Source: Thermodesulfobacteriota bacterium (GTDB lineage Bacteria > Desulfobacterota > Desulfarculia > JACQYL01). Taken from it: DNA of 64,000 nucleotides. Where the stretch lies: positions 480,001-544,000 of the forward strand of contig CAXXLZ010000001.1 of NCBI GenBank assembly GCA_963675595.2, given 5' to 3'. The notes under the pieces were generated by a model, which made no database searches, had not been told where the DNA came from, and was given only the letters and a program-made list of their open reading frames with translations. The position numbers and the translations under genes were made by a program. Below, piece by piece: positions 49,562 to 60,035 of this stretch. How positions within the stretch are numbered: position 1 is the first letter of the stretch; each line of letters opens with the position of its first letter.

Positions 49562-51301
49562 ATGAGTGATTTGGTCATTGTTTCCAACCGCGGGCCTTTC
49601 AGCTTTTCCGAGGCCGCTTTAAGCTCCGCCCGGGATCGATTGGACCGAGGGATGGCTCCGGAAGACCCGCGATTCGGAGAAGGCGGACTGGTACGCGCCA
49701 TGGCGGGTTTGCTGAAAAAGTTCGGCCACTGGCAACCATCCTGGATCGGAGCCTCCATGGGCGACCGGGATATCGATGTGGCTCGAGGGCATTACTCGGG
49801 TCTCTTCCGCAGGATGGTCGAGGAAGGGCACGCGCCGGATCGGTTCCCGCTCATTGAAATCGATCCGGACAACCGGATGCGCTTCAGATATCGCGCCTAC
49901 GATTTCCACCTGAGGTTCGTGTTTTTCGACACCCGACACATGCACAGTTATTACAGCAAGTTCGCCAACGGATTCCTATGGCCCTTGATGCACCTGACCC
50001 GGGAGCCTCTGTTCTACAAAAAGACACGGATCTTTCCCAAACCGCGTTTCGAGAAAAATGATTTCGTCCAGTATACAAGCAGCGGCGTGACCTTCGCCAA
50101 TACGATCCTTGATGAAATCCAGCGAGGAGAGGAGATTCGGGGAAACAACCGGGACGTGGTGGTCTGGTTGCAGGATTATCATCTTCTTCAGGTTTCGGAG
50201 GTTTTCAAGTCGTTATTGGTGGAGGAGGGGCTCGCTTCTTCAGACCGAAAACGTATTCACGTGGGACAGTTCATCCACACCCCGTTGTTCAATATCCATG
50301 AAATCCAGGGGCTCATTCGAGAGGACAAAAGGGCCAGGGTGAAGACCCGTTTCGACGAGCCCTTCGGCGAAAACATCGAGGATGTGCTTCAGAGGCTGGT
50401 CTGGGGGATGCTGAGCAACGATTTCGTGGGTTTTCAAACCAAGGAATACTGCGATCACTTCTTGGAAACCCTGCAGGAATGGTTTCCCGTGGATATCCGT
50501 GTGTCCGGCGGGTATTACGTGGTGAGCCGACGGAACCGGAAGACCGCCGTGGGGGCGCTTCCCATTGGACTCGATGTGGAATCCATTCTTTCGGAGGTGA
50601 CCCACGAAAAACGGTTGGAGTTTGAATTGGAGGGACGACCGCTGATCGAGAACATCGAGGCGGATCGGGACAAGGGGCTCCTCATTTTCGGCGGCCTTGA
50701 ACGTTGCGACTATACCAAAGGCTTGATTCAGCGGATCGGGGTGTTCAAGCACTCCTGGGCCGGCTTGCGGCGAGAGGGAAAACAGGCCAGGTTCTATCAA
50801 GTCACCGCGCCCAGCAGGTCGGATATTCCGGAGTATAGACAGCTGAACGCCATCGTGGATGAAGAGGTGGAGGCATTGAACCGGCACATGGAGGACCATG
50901 TGGTGATCCGGATCGATGAAGGTATCCCGGCGCCTCAGAACTACCGGTTCATGAAAGAGATGGACGTGATGCTCGTCACCCCCCTGGAAGACGGGATGAA
51001 TCTGGTGGCCTTCGAGTACATTCTCTCCCAGAAGTACAAGCGCCCGGAAGAAAGGGGACTTCTGGTCCTGAGCATGTGCGGGGCTTCGAGAGTCCTTAAG
51101 GAAAGCGGGTTCGGCGAAGAGGACGGCGTGGTCTACATCAATGTGATGAACGTCGAAGACGCGGGCGAAAAGATCGTGGGGGCCCTGAGAGCAGGCCATC
51201 GTATTTCCGAGCGTCTGTTGAATTATGTGGAACGGGACCGCAGGGTGGACAACTGGGCGCAGGAAAACATCGACGCCATTTTGAATGCAGGTAAAGACTG
51301 A
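49562..51301 (+). CDS. GT20 trehalose-6-phosphate synthase-like glycosyltransferase
   Basis: VSNRGP, GGL, LWPLMH, QDYHL, ERCDYTKG, DGMNLVAFEY. Confidence 0.88.
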   Translation: MSDLVIVSNRGPFSFSEAALSSARDRLDRGMAPEDPRFGEGGLVRAMAGLLKKFGHWQPSWIGASMGDRDIDVARGHYSGLFRRMVEEGHAPDRFPLIEIDPDNRMRFRYRAYDFHLRFVFFDTRHMHSYYSKFANGFLWPLMHLTREPLFYKKTRIFPKPRFEKNDFVQYTSSGVTFANTILDEIQRGEEIRGNNRDVVVWLQDYHLLQVSEVFKSLLVEEGLASSDRKRIHVGQFIHTPLFNIHEIQGLIREDKRARVKTRFDEPFGENIEDVLQRLVWGMLSNDFVGFQTKEYCDHFLETLQEWFPVDIRVSGGYYVVSRRNRKTAVGALPIGLDVESILSEVTHEKRLEFELEGRPLIENIEADRDKGLLIFGGLERCDYTKGLIQRIGVFKHSWAGLRREGKQARFYQVTAPSRSDIPEYRQLNAIVDEEVEALNRHMEDHVVIRIDEGIPAPQNYRFMKEMDVMLVTPLEDGMNLVAFEYILSQKYKRPEERGLLVLSMCGASRVLKESGFGEEDGVVYINVMNVEDAGEKIVGALRAGHRISERLLNYVERDRRVDNWAQENIDAILNAGKD

Positions 51302-51420
51302 AAATAGGAGAAGAAACAGGACGGCGGGAAGGGCTCGGGCCTCAGGCGTCGAATGATGGGGTGCGGCCTCCCCGAGGAGCTCGCGGGAATTCTTGAACGC
51401 TTCTTGAAGACGTCTTCATA

Positions 51421-52920
51421 CTAGAACTTGAGGCCCACCCACAGAACGGCACCGACCAGCAGGCAGATCCCCGCTCCCATGGGGATCGTCATACGCAGGA
51501 TTTCGCCTTCTTTTCCCGTGGCCCCGCACATAGGGGTGGCAATGGCGATCTTGAACGGGGACGAGATGGAGCCTATCGATGCGCCGACGGCAAGAGCGGA
51601 AGCGAGCCAGGGCGCGCCGACGCCCAGAAGCGCCGCCGTTTCCACCTGGAGTTTACCGAAAAGCATGAGAGAGGCCACGCCGTAACCGGTAAGAAAGGTC
51701 CCCACCCAGCCCAGAAGCGGCACGAATACCGGGTAGTATCGGCCTGTATAGGCGGACAAGCCGTGGGCCATGATCCATGGGATATTCCCGGACGCGTTCG
51801 CGTCGGCAAATGCGGTGTCGTATCCCGAGTATGCGATCATCTGTCCCATGGCGCCGAACATGGCCATGGCCGCCGAAGCCCGCCATCCTTTTCTGAATCC
51901 TTCCCGCAGCACCACTTTGAGTTGATCCCCGTCAACACCGAAAAGCCTGACGGACAGGGCAAAAGCCAGAAAAAGGTAGAGATAGCCGGAATATAAAGGA
52001 CGGAAGGTGATGGTGTGCACCGGTATGAGTCGCACTTGAACGGAGAGTTGGTGAAAAGTGAGTTGTTTGAGATAAGGAACGGAGTTCAAGGCCAGAAGGA
52101 CCCCGAGAATCAGGAGAAATGGTGCCAAGTCCCGTAGGATACCCCCTTTCAGGCTCATCTTTCGTCGGCCGATCATGATCAACGTGAGGATGAGCACGAG
52201 CCCCGCAATCATTCCGGAAATCGATACGGCGAGCCATGCCACACAGGCTAGTGCCGCAAAACCCAAAATAACTCCGCAGACCATGGTGAACAACCAACGT
52301 CTCAGGCCGGGCAGGGGCCGAGGTAGAAACAAGGGGACACACAAAGTCATGGCCAGCGTGGCCGGGATGGAGAGCCAGGCGGAAGCGAGCCCCAACTCCT
52401 CGATGGATATGCCCGTAACAAGGGAGAGAACCGTAATGATGATTCCGGCCATTTCCAGGGTCATGAGGCCTGCGTAACCGATGATGGACAACGCCGCCGC
52501 GCCGCGTGGCTCGACGCCGGCGGCCGTCAACATGGGCGCGACCACCGGTTCTGCGATGACTCCCGCGCCCTCGGCGAAGTTGCCGACTCCAAGGGCGATC
52601 AAAAGGCTCCGGTGGTATCCGTCGCGTACTCCGCTCATGAACCAATCCACGATGCGCGTGAGAGCACCGGCCGCCATGAGCAGGCTGGAGAGGAGTATCC
52701 CGGCGAAGATCACGAGGATGAGTGGAACGGAGGTCACAATCCCGTCCAGTCCCGCGCGCAACGCCACGGTCACGGGAGTGTGGAAGTATCCCACCACCAA
52801 CAACAAGGTGAATAGGGTTCCATAGAGAGAGAGGTCTAGAGCCGGTTTTCGGAAGCCCACCGCCAGGATGGTCAGAAGCAACACGGGTGTCCAGCATGCC
52901 AGGAAATTCAGAAGTTCCAT
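51421..52920 (-). CDS. L-lactate permease family transporter
   Basis: Polytopic; FAEGAG, GTFLTG, ISSPFKI patterns of LctP. Confidence 0.8.
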   Translation of the reverse strand: MELLNFLACWTPVLLLTILAVGFRKPALDLSLYGTLFTLLLVVGYFHTPVTVALRAGLDGIVTSVPLILVIFAGILLSSLLMAAGALTRIVDWFMSGVRDGYHRSLLIALGVGNFAEGAGVIAEPVVAPMLTAAGVEPRGAAALSIIGYAGLMTLEMAGIIITVLSLVTGISIEELGLASAWLSIPATLAMTLCVPLFLPRPLPGLRRWLFTMVCGVILGFAALACVAWLAVSISGMIAGLVLILTLIMIGRRKMSLKGGILRDLAPFLLILGVLLALNSVPYLKQLTFHQLSVQVRLIPVHTITFRPLYSGYLYLFLAFALSVRLFGVDGDQLKVVLREGFRKGWRASAAMAMFGAMGQMIAYSGYDTAFADANASGNIPWIMAHGLSAYTGRYYPVFVPLLGWVGTFLTGYGVASLMLFGKLQVETAALLGVGAPWLASALAVGASIGSISSPFKIAIATPMCGATGKEGEILRMTIPMGAGICLLVGAVLWVGLKF

Positions 52921-53009
52921 ATCAGCTCTTGAGTGATTCCGGGGTTTAAAGGGGTTTTGTCGGCTCAGGCGGGCTCCATACACCCGGAGGGGTCGGCCCC
53001 TCTTGAACA

Positions 53010-53050
53010 CGGAAAGCCGCAGCCCCTACACCGGGGGTGCGGCTTTCCGT
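53010..53050 (-). terminator. Hairpin between elbB and the permease
   Basis: 13-bp stem ACGGAAAGCCGCA...TGCGGCTTTCCGT. Confidence 0.55.
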
Positions 53051-53092
53051 CTCTCCTTCCGTCGTTCAGCCCGTGTTCCTCGATGCGCAAGC

Positions 53093-53749
53093 CTATCCGG
53101 CCATCTCCACGACCTTGTCCACCAATTTCTCGATTCCTTCGGCCACGTGCCTGATGGACGGACCGAGCATGTAAGCCGGAGTAGTGACCAGACGATTCTT
53201 CTCGTCTAAATGAATCATATTCACCGTGCAGGCTTTGTGGCGACCTCCCATGGCTTCGATCGCCCCGGCCGTGCCGGGATCCGTTCCGATAGTGACCTCG
53301 GGGGACCTGTCCGTAAGCGCTTTTGTCAGGGTCGCCGGAGCGATGCATATGGCACCGATGGGTTTTCCGGCGGACACGAGCTCATCAATGAGACGTTGGA
53401 CTTCGGGATGAACGCCGGCCTCGGCTCCTTTAAAGGCGAAGTCACTCAAGTTCTTGGCCGCACCGTATCCTCCCGGAATGATCAGGCCTTCCAGGTCCGA
53501 GCCTTTCACGTCCTTGATATTTCGGATATCTCCCCTCGCGATTCGGGCCGACTCCACCAGAACATTCCGCTTTTCCTTCGTCTCTTCTTGGGTGAGGTGG
53601 TTGATGACGTGCGCTTGATCCGCATCGGGAGCCATGCACACGATTTCAGCCCCGGCCCGATCCAGAAACAGCAGAGTGAGCACGGCCTCGTGGATTTCAG
53701 ACCCGTCGAACACACCGCATCCGGAAAGTAGAACTCCGATTCTCGTCAC
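53093..53749 (-). CDS. elbB: Glyoxalase ElbB (ES1/DJ-1 family)
   Basis: LSGCGVFDGSEIHE, ESARIARG, PGGYGAAKNL, TTPAYM. Confidence 0.93.
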   Translation of the reverse strand: MTRIGVLLSGCGVFDGSEIHEAVLTLLFLDRAGAEIVCMAPDADQAHVINHLTQEETKEKRNVLVESARIARGDIRNIKDVKGSDLEGLIIPGGYGAAKNLSDFAFKGAEAGVHPEVQRLIDELVSAGKPIGAICIAPATLTKALTDRSPEVTIGTDPGTAGAIEAMGGRHKACTVNMIHLDEKNRLVTTPAYMLGPSIRHVAEGIEKLVDKVVEMAG

Positions 53750-53839
53750 AGCTTCCTCCTTCGCGCTAAAGGTCGTTAATGAGTTCTCCTCGGGTATGCA
53801 TAGCCCATTAAGACGACGGAGCCAAATATTTTTCTAAAC

Positions 53840-54595
53840 CTAAAGCCTCCCCGCCTGGTTGATCAAAGAGGCAATGAATGCCGCGCCGAATCCATTGTCG
53901 ATGTTCACTACGGCCACGTTGGACGCGCAGGAGTTGAGCATTCCCAATAAGGCGGCCAATCCTCCGAAGCTAGCCCCATACCCGACGCTGGTGGGCACCG
54001 CGATGACGGGTCTTTTGACCAGGCCCCCGACCACGCTTGGAAGCGCACCCTCCATTCCGGCCACCACGATGAAAACCCAGGCACGCTCCAACAGGCTCCG
54101 CCGGGAGAGGAGGCGGTGGACGCCGCTGACACCGACGTCATACAGGGATTCTACGTGATTTCCGAAAAATCGAGCAGTGACAACGGCTTCCTCGGCCACC
54201 GGCAGGTCGGAGGTTCCGGCGCAAATTACCATGACACACCCGGTTTCTTCGCGAACGGGCTCTTTGGACAACGTCAGGGTCCCGGCTGTGGCGTAGTATA
54301 CGGCTTCAGGGAACTCGGCCAGCAATTGTTCGCCTTTTTCAGGCGAAACGCGAGTGGCCAGAATGTCGTCTCCCCGGTCTCTGAGGCTGGACATGATGGA
54401 AATGATTTGGGGAGTCGTTTTCCCTTCTCCGAAAATGACTTCCGGAAACCCCTGGCGCATAGGCCGATGATGGTCTACCGTGGCGAATCCAAGGTCGTGA
54501 TAAGGGTAGTCCTTGAGTTGAACGAGTCCTTCTTCTACGGATAGTTCCCCGTTTCGGACGTTCTCAAGCAAATCGCGTAGATGCTGTTCTTTCAT
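53840..54595 (-). CDS. larB: Nickel-pincer cofactor biosynthesis protein LarB
   Basis: GFPEVIFGEGK, AGTSDLPVAEEA, AGMEGALPSV, VNIDNGFGAA. Confidence 0.92.
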   Translation of the reverse strand: MKEQHLRDLLENVRNGELSVEEGLVQLKDYPYHDLGFATVDHHRPMRQGFPEVIFGEGKTTPQIISIMSSLRDRGDDILATRVSPEKGEQLLAEFPEAVYYATAGTLTLSKEPVREETGCVMVICAGTSDLPVAEEAVVTARFFGNHVESLYDVGVSGVHRLLSRRSLLERAWVFIVVAGMEGALPSVVGGLVKRPVIAVPTSVGYGASFGGLAALLGMLNSCASNVAVVNIDNGFGAAFIASLINQAGRL

Positions 54596-54837
54596 ATTCT
54601 CCTTTTCGCAAGGCGGTCGGCTCCTGCGTGTTTGATCGGTCGGGGACCACAAATATCCCTCCGGTGCCGAGAATCACAACTAGGCAGCCTTTGACGCCTG
54701 ATTATCATGGGACTGCGTCCGGAGTCGGACGGCCTGTTTCAGAGGAGTTTCCAACGACGAAAAGTGTCAAAGCTTCTCTTATTGAAGCCCACGAACCGCT
54801 TCAAGACGCCTTCGCTCACATTCCCCCTCAGGGGAAA

Positions 54838-55245
54838 TCAGGGAGAACGTTTCGCGTCGCCCATTGTTCCGTGCATAATGGTTTTGACCTTTACCAGTTC
54901 TCCCATGAGACGCTTCCCGAATTCTCGAACCCCGGCAAGGTCCTCGGCCTGCGCCGCCTGTTCCACCTGCTCGACCAAGTGAAAGCTGGACAGCGCTCCG
55001 ATCGTCCAAGTGACGCTTCTCAAAGAGTGCATTTGTTTCAGCACTGCTTCAAAGTCATCCAATCGAAGAATCGCTTCGATCTTGTCCAGCCGTTTGGGAA
55101 GCTCATTGAGAAAGATCGAGTAGAGCTCATCAACGAAAGCCGGATTGTCGCCGACCCGCTCAAGAACGGATTTCCGGTCAAGCACCGCAACGGAGTTTTC
55201 GCCGTCCGGCGACTCCGCGGTTTGGAACGGTTTGTCCGTGTACAT
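54838..55245 (-). CDS. Hpt phosphotransfer domain protein
   Basis: LERVGDN..LYSIFL..MHSLRSVTWTIGA four-helix pattern. Confidence 0.75.
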   Translation of the reverse strand: MYTDKPFQTAESPDGENSVAVLDRKSVLERVGDNPAFVDELYSIFLNELPKRLDKIEAILRLDDFEAVLKQMHSLRSVTWTIGALSSFHLVEQVEQAAQAEDLAGVREFGKRLMGELVKVKTIMHGTMGDAKRSP

Positions 55246-55457
55246 GATCGTCCTCCTGAGCCTGCCTTAGCTTATGTGAGGCCCACAACCGGGCCGCCCG
55301 ATCGTTCTATCGACCTTCCGTGCATTGACCGTGACGGGGTCACGTTTGCCCCTCTCGGTTTCGCCTTTGATCATCGGGCTTTCGTCCCCGACCGTCCATG
55401 TGGGATGCGGTCCGATGCCGGAGTCAACGGCTCCGAAGCGTTGTCCCCATGTTTCGA

Positions 55458-55883
55458 CTATTCCGTTCTTTCCCGTGGCGCTTTTCGAGTGCGCTTGACA
55501 TCCGCTCTTCGCCGTTTGGTCTGGATTCTTCGTTCCTTGGAGCCGGCCGACGGTCTCGTCTTCTTGCGCAGCCTGGGCTCTTCGGACGCTTTTCGGATGA
55601 GCGTCGCCAATCTGACCAAAGCGTCCTTTCTGTTGGCTTCTTGGGTGCGGAATTGCCGAGCGTCGATCACCAGGATGCCGTCTGCGTTCATCCTGCTTCC
55701 CGCCAGTCGCATCAAACGGCTCCGTACCCTCTCGGGCAGAGAGGGCGAGCTCTTCACGTCGAACCGCAACTCCACCGCGGTGGAAGTCTTGTTCACGTTC
55801 TGGCCTCCGGGGCCGGAAGAGCGCACGAACTTCTCTTTGATCTCACGATCGTCCAGAGATATTCGGTCGGTAACTCGGATCAT
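55458..55883 (-). CDS. arfB: Alternative ribosome rescue factor ArfB
   Basis: RSSGPGGQNVNK and a basic tail. Confidence 0.95.
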   Translation of the reverse strand: MIRVTDRISLDDREIKEKFVRSSGPGGQNVNKTSTAVELRFDVKSSPSLPERVRSRLMRLAGSRMNADGILVIDARQFRTQEANRKDALVRLATLIRKASEEPRLRKKTRPSAGSKERRIQTKRRRADVKRTRKAPRERTE

Positions 55884-55998
55884 CTTATCGACTCTTTGGA
55901 GTTTCAAGAAATGTAATTGGATTCTACAACAGGGAAGCCCTGTTTCCAAATCTATTCACGTGAAACCGACACAAGCGTTTCATGTGCTCTTATTCGGT

Positions 55999-57081
55999 TC
56001 AACCGGCGGCGGCCGCCGCCTCCCGATCCATTTCGGGCGCTCGATTTTCCCAAGCGTATGACGCCATGGAGGCGGCGAGATCAAGGCGGACGGACTCAAG
56101 CCCCGAGGGGTTGATCAGGATTTCCATGAGTCTCGAGACGAGATCTTCGAAGTCTCGATAAAGGAATTTCGCATGGAGTTCCCGAGGCAGTATCTCCGGA
56201 TAGGAAAGACGATCCGGGAGGAGGGGGAGGCAGCCGAAGCGGACGGCTTCCACGACGGAGATGCCGAAATTCTCCTGCAGTGCCGTGCTCACCACCACCC
56301 ACCCGCGTCGCAGCCAATCTAGATACTCGTCCTTTGACTCCACATAGCCGTACTGGATGATTTCGTTTTCGAAAATTTCCTTGGCCCGATCAAATACATC
56401 GGGGACCCGGGTCCGGCTTTCACCGAGCAGGGCCAGCCGAAACGCCGCACCACGTGATTTGACCACTTCGAGGGCCCTGAAAAACACCTCCGGATTCTTG
56501 TCGAATTCCCAGCGGTGGTTCCATACGACCAGCGGCGGCGATGAAAACGGGGCCGGGGTGAGACCGGCGGCGGGAAATGAACAACCGGGATGGAATACTG
56601 ATGATTTTCCCCTGATCTTGTCGGGTACCCATTTGGGTCGACAGTCCGGCATCATGTTCAGGAACGGTGTGAGCTGCTCGAAAAAAGAGCTGAAGTGGGT
56701 TCGGGAATTGAACAGCACGCGATCGGCACACAGGGCCGTGGTGATATTGGTGAACCCGAACTGGTAATCCATGGTTTCGCCCGGCGCCAAGGGGTAGGTG
56801 AGCTGGTTTTCGTGAAAGTAGACGAGCGCGGGAGGGCAGGCGGGACCGACGAGCGCTTTGAAAGCGGCAAGGTCCAGCATATCCGACGTGACCAGGACGT
56901 CGTATCGGTCGATGTCACGAATCTTCCCAGCGAAAAACGGAGCCGCACCCCGCATGCGCCATTTCCAGAATCGTGCGGGCAGCGTGACCAGGTCGACCTC
57001 ATGCTTGGAAAGGGCGATCCATCCTTCTGCGAAATCTCGATGAGATCCGCCGAAAAAGGGCTCGATAAAGAGAACACGCAT
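55999..57081 (-). CDS. DUF3524 GT4 glycosyltransferase (GTDC1/QTMAN-like)
   Basis: EPFFGGSH, WKWRMRG, YFHENQLTYP, WNHRWEFDKNP. Confidence 0.88.
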   Translation of the reverse strand: MRVLFIEPFFGGSHRDFAEGWIALSKHEVDLVTLPARFWKWRMRGAAPFFAGKIRDIDRYDVLVTSDMLDLAAFKALVGPACPPALVYFHENQLTYPLAPGETMDYQFGFTNITTALCADRVLFNSRTHFSSFFEQLTPFLNMMPDCRPKWVPDKIRGKSSVFHPGCSFPAAGLTPAPFSSPPLVVWNHRWEFDKNPEVFFRALEVVKSRGAAFRLALLGESRTRVPDVFDRAKEIFENEIIQYGYVESKDEYLDWLRRGWVVVSTALQENFGISVVEAVRFGCLPLLPDRLSYPEILPRELHAKFLYRDFEDLVSRLMEILINPSGLESVRLDLAASMASYAWENRAPEMDREAAAAAG

Positions 57082-57303
57082 AAGACTCCTTGTTTCGGAA
57101 AATATATCATATCCCGCCGGACGGAAAAACTCGGTTCAATTTTCGGAGAAGAATAGGGTAGCCTCCGACCTCGCGGATTTTGGATGATCGGCTTTCGGGT
57201 GTTCGACGAACTTGACTTGTTTCGGGCGGGGTGCGATCTTTCGGCGTTATCCGGGATACTTACCGAGTGGTTCATGAGGACGCCCATTCATCAGGAGGAT
57301 ACC

Positions 57304-57867
57304 ATGCCGAGGAAACTGTTATTGGGAATCGCAGCGTTTTGGATCATGGTTTGCCTTGCGGAAGCCACGGAAATCGGGGGAGTGATAGTGCCCGATACCC
57401 TTACCGTCGGTGAGACGCAACTTGTATTGAACGGCGCAGGCATTCGGAAAAAATTCATTATGAAGATCTACGTCGGAGCACTTTACCTCAAACAGAAGAC
57501 GAACGACTTCGATACGATCCTCGCGGCGGATGAGCCCATGGCCATTCGAATGCACTTTATTTACGACGGCGTTCCCAAAGAGCGTTTGATTCACGGTTGG
57601 AACGAAAGCTTCTCCTCGAGTCGAGAGGTTGACGTCGCAGGCATCCAAAACCAGGTGGACGCCTTCAATGCGTGTTTCACCGAGAATGCGGCGAAAAACG
57701 ACGTATACGACTTCGTGTATGAGCCTGGAAAGGGTGTAACCGTCGTTATGCAGGGAGAGGTGAAGGCGGTGATTCCGGGCCTCGATTTCAAGAAAGGGTT
57801 GTTCTCCATCTGGTTGGGAAGGAATGCGTCCAACGAATCGTTGAAAGAGGCGATGTTGGGAGGATAG
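57304..57867 (+). CDS. Chalcone isomerase-like periplasmic protein
   Basis: RBS aggagg; LVLNGAGIRKK, YVGALYL, IWLG. Confidence 0.88.
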   Translation: MPRKLLLGIAAFWIMVCLAEATEIGGVIVPDTLTVGETQLVLNGAGIRKKFIMKIYVGALYLKQKTNDFDTILAADEPMAIRMHFIYDGVPKERLIHGWNESFSSSREVDVAGIQNQVDAFNACFTENAAKNDVYDFVYEPGKGVTVVMQGEVKAVIPGLDFKKGLFSIWLGRNASNESLKEAMLGG

Positions 57868-58081
57868 ACTCGTCTGGAGAAGCCCGCGGCAAGCCGGGTG
57901 ATTCAAGGAACTCCGACGGAGCGTTTCCAAGGAGTTTTCCGGCCTTCAGGGTCAAACGGGCATTTGTCGGGAGGCGCGGCTCTTCTTAGGATGTTCCCGT
58001 CTTGTTGACCGGAGAAGATCCACGGAATGATCCTGCGACGGCAAACGATATCATGGAACCGGAAAATAGATGGGCCGGGCA

Positions 58082-58786
58082 ATGCCGACGAATACCCAAG
58101 GTCTGGTTCTGATTATTGAGGATGATCGCAAGACCGCCGCACTGGTGGCTTTGTATCTGGAGAAGGAAGGCTTTCGGCCTCTATTGGCCCATGACGGAGA
58201 AGAGGGCCTGGGGTTGGCGCTGCGTAGCCGCCCTGCCGCCGTTATCCTGGATTTGATGCTGCCCAAACTGGACGGTTGGGAAGTGTGCCGAGAGTTGCGC
58301 AAGGTGTCCAATGTGCCCATCATCATGCTTACCGCTCGCGGCGAGGAAATCGACCGAGTCTCCGGTTTGACCCTAGGTGCGGATGATTATGTTGTAAAGC
58401 CTTTCAGCCCGAGGGAACTCGTCGCCCGGGTCAAAGCGGTGCTCAGGCGGACGCTGAAAACGGAGGATGAAGGCGAAAACGTGTTGGAGCACGGAAACCT
58501 GGTCTTCGACCTGGAGAAGCGCAGGGTGCTTCTGCACGGAGAGCCGTTGAGCCTGACGCCTCACGAATACAGGCTGCTGCAAACCTTGATGGCCGCTCCG
58601 GGTAAGGTTTTCACCCGTGACGAGTTGCTGGACCGGCTGTATCCCGACGGTGAATCCGTGGTGGATCGGGTTGTGGACGTGCACATTGGGAAGCTCCGTC
58701 AGAAGATCGAGCGAGACCCCTCGGCTCCGGAGATGATCCTCACCGTGAGGGGAGTGGGGTATCAATTTGCAGACCGGCGCACCTGA
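58082..58786 (+). CDS. OmpR-family response regulator
   Basis: IEDD, LDLMLP, GADDYVVKPF, TVRGVGY. Confidence 0.95.
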   Translation: MPTNTQGLVLIIEDDRKTAALVALYLEKEGFRPLLAHDGEEGLGLALRSRPAAVILDLMLPKLDGWEVCRELRKVSNVPIIMLTARGEEIDRVSGLTLGADDYVVKPFSPRELVARVKAVLRRTLKTEDEGENVLEHGNLVFDLEKRRVLLHGEPLSLTPHEYRLLQTLMAAPGKVFTRDELLDRLYPDGESVVDRVVDVHIGKLRQKIERDPSAPEMILTVRGVGYQFADRRT

Positions 58787-59888
58787 AACGTCGGGTAGGG
58801 GGCGCGACGCCGGCCTGCTGGTCAAGCTGCTGGGTATTCATGTGCTCATCATCGCCTGCGTGATTTCCATCGTCTGGCTGGCTATTGATACGTTGGCCGT
58901 GCACTATTTCATGATCCTCATGGATCGATACAATGTTCCCACCGCGTCCACGCAGCAAATGTTTTTGGCTTCGGTCCACCGCTACCTGATCTGGGCGAGC
59001 GCGACAGCGCTGGTGGTGTCGATATTGCTTGGATTCACGCTGCTTCGACGTCTGTTGTCCCCCCTCTCGGATATGATCCGCACCACTCGAAGAATTTCTT
59101 CCGGGGATTTCTCGGCCAGGGTTCCCGTACGCTCCCACGATGAAGTCGGTCAGCTTGCCTGGTCCTTCAATCGCATGGCGGAGAGCCTGGAACGGACCGA
59201 AGGGCTCCGCAAGAAGCTGATGATCGATGTCGCCCACGAACTGCGGACGCCTTTGACCAACATCCGGGGTTATATGGAGGCCTTGGTGGACGGGGTTGCC
59301 CCTCCTTCCCAAGAAACCTTTGAAATCGTGCAGGCGGAGACTCTCCGTTTGGGCGGTCTGGTGGAAGATGTTCTGGATCTGGCTCGGGCCGATGCCGCAG
59401 CCGGTTCCCTGAACCTTCAACCGATCCGGTTGGGAAGTTTGGTGGAAGATGAAATTTCCCGATTTCGGAGCCGGTTCGAAAGCAAGGGCATTCGAGTGAG
59501 TCTGAAGACCGGAGCTTCGGAAGGTTCCGTCCTCGGCGATGCGGACAAGCTCGGGCAGGTACTCCGCAACCTGACTCAAAACGCCCTTCAATATACGCCG
59601 GAAGGCGGCGAAGTCCGTGTCTCCCTGGAATAAGTGGGTGACGACGAACGGGTGGTTTTCTCAAACCCCGCCTTCGATCTGGATCCAACGGACGTGCCGT
59701 TTCTTTTTCAGCGTTTCTTCCGAGGAGAGAAGTCCAGGTCCCGAGATCGGGGAGGAGCGGGCATCGGACTGGCCATTGTCAAAGAGCTTGTGGAAGCTCA
59801 TGGTGGACGTGTGGGCGCCGAGCTTCCGGAAGACCGGCTCCGTGTCTGGTTTTCTTTGCCGGTCGGAAGAGGAGAAGCCGGGCCCTGA
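58767..59888 (+). pseudogene. HAMP sensor histidine kinase with in-frame TAA at 59631-59633
   Basis: H box (AHELRTPL) and N box lie before the stop; F and G2 boxes (FQRFFRG, GAGIGLAIVK) continue in the same frame after it. Confidence 0.85.
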
Positions 59889-60035
59889 ATTTCTCACGGC
59901 CTCGAGCGCCCGCCGTCCACGGGTGAGAGATTCGACAATGAACCGAAAACCATCGGAGAGGTTGCCGACCCGATACGTTGATTCCGCTTTTGGGGGTATC
60001 GGCGGCGGGGTTCGAAAAAGATCGGGAGGTGTCGC

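Noticed and set aside
59631-59633. Selenocysteine or pyrrolysine recoding in the kinase
   Set aside because: The stop is TAA, not TGA or TAG.
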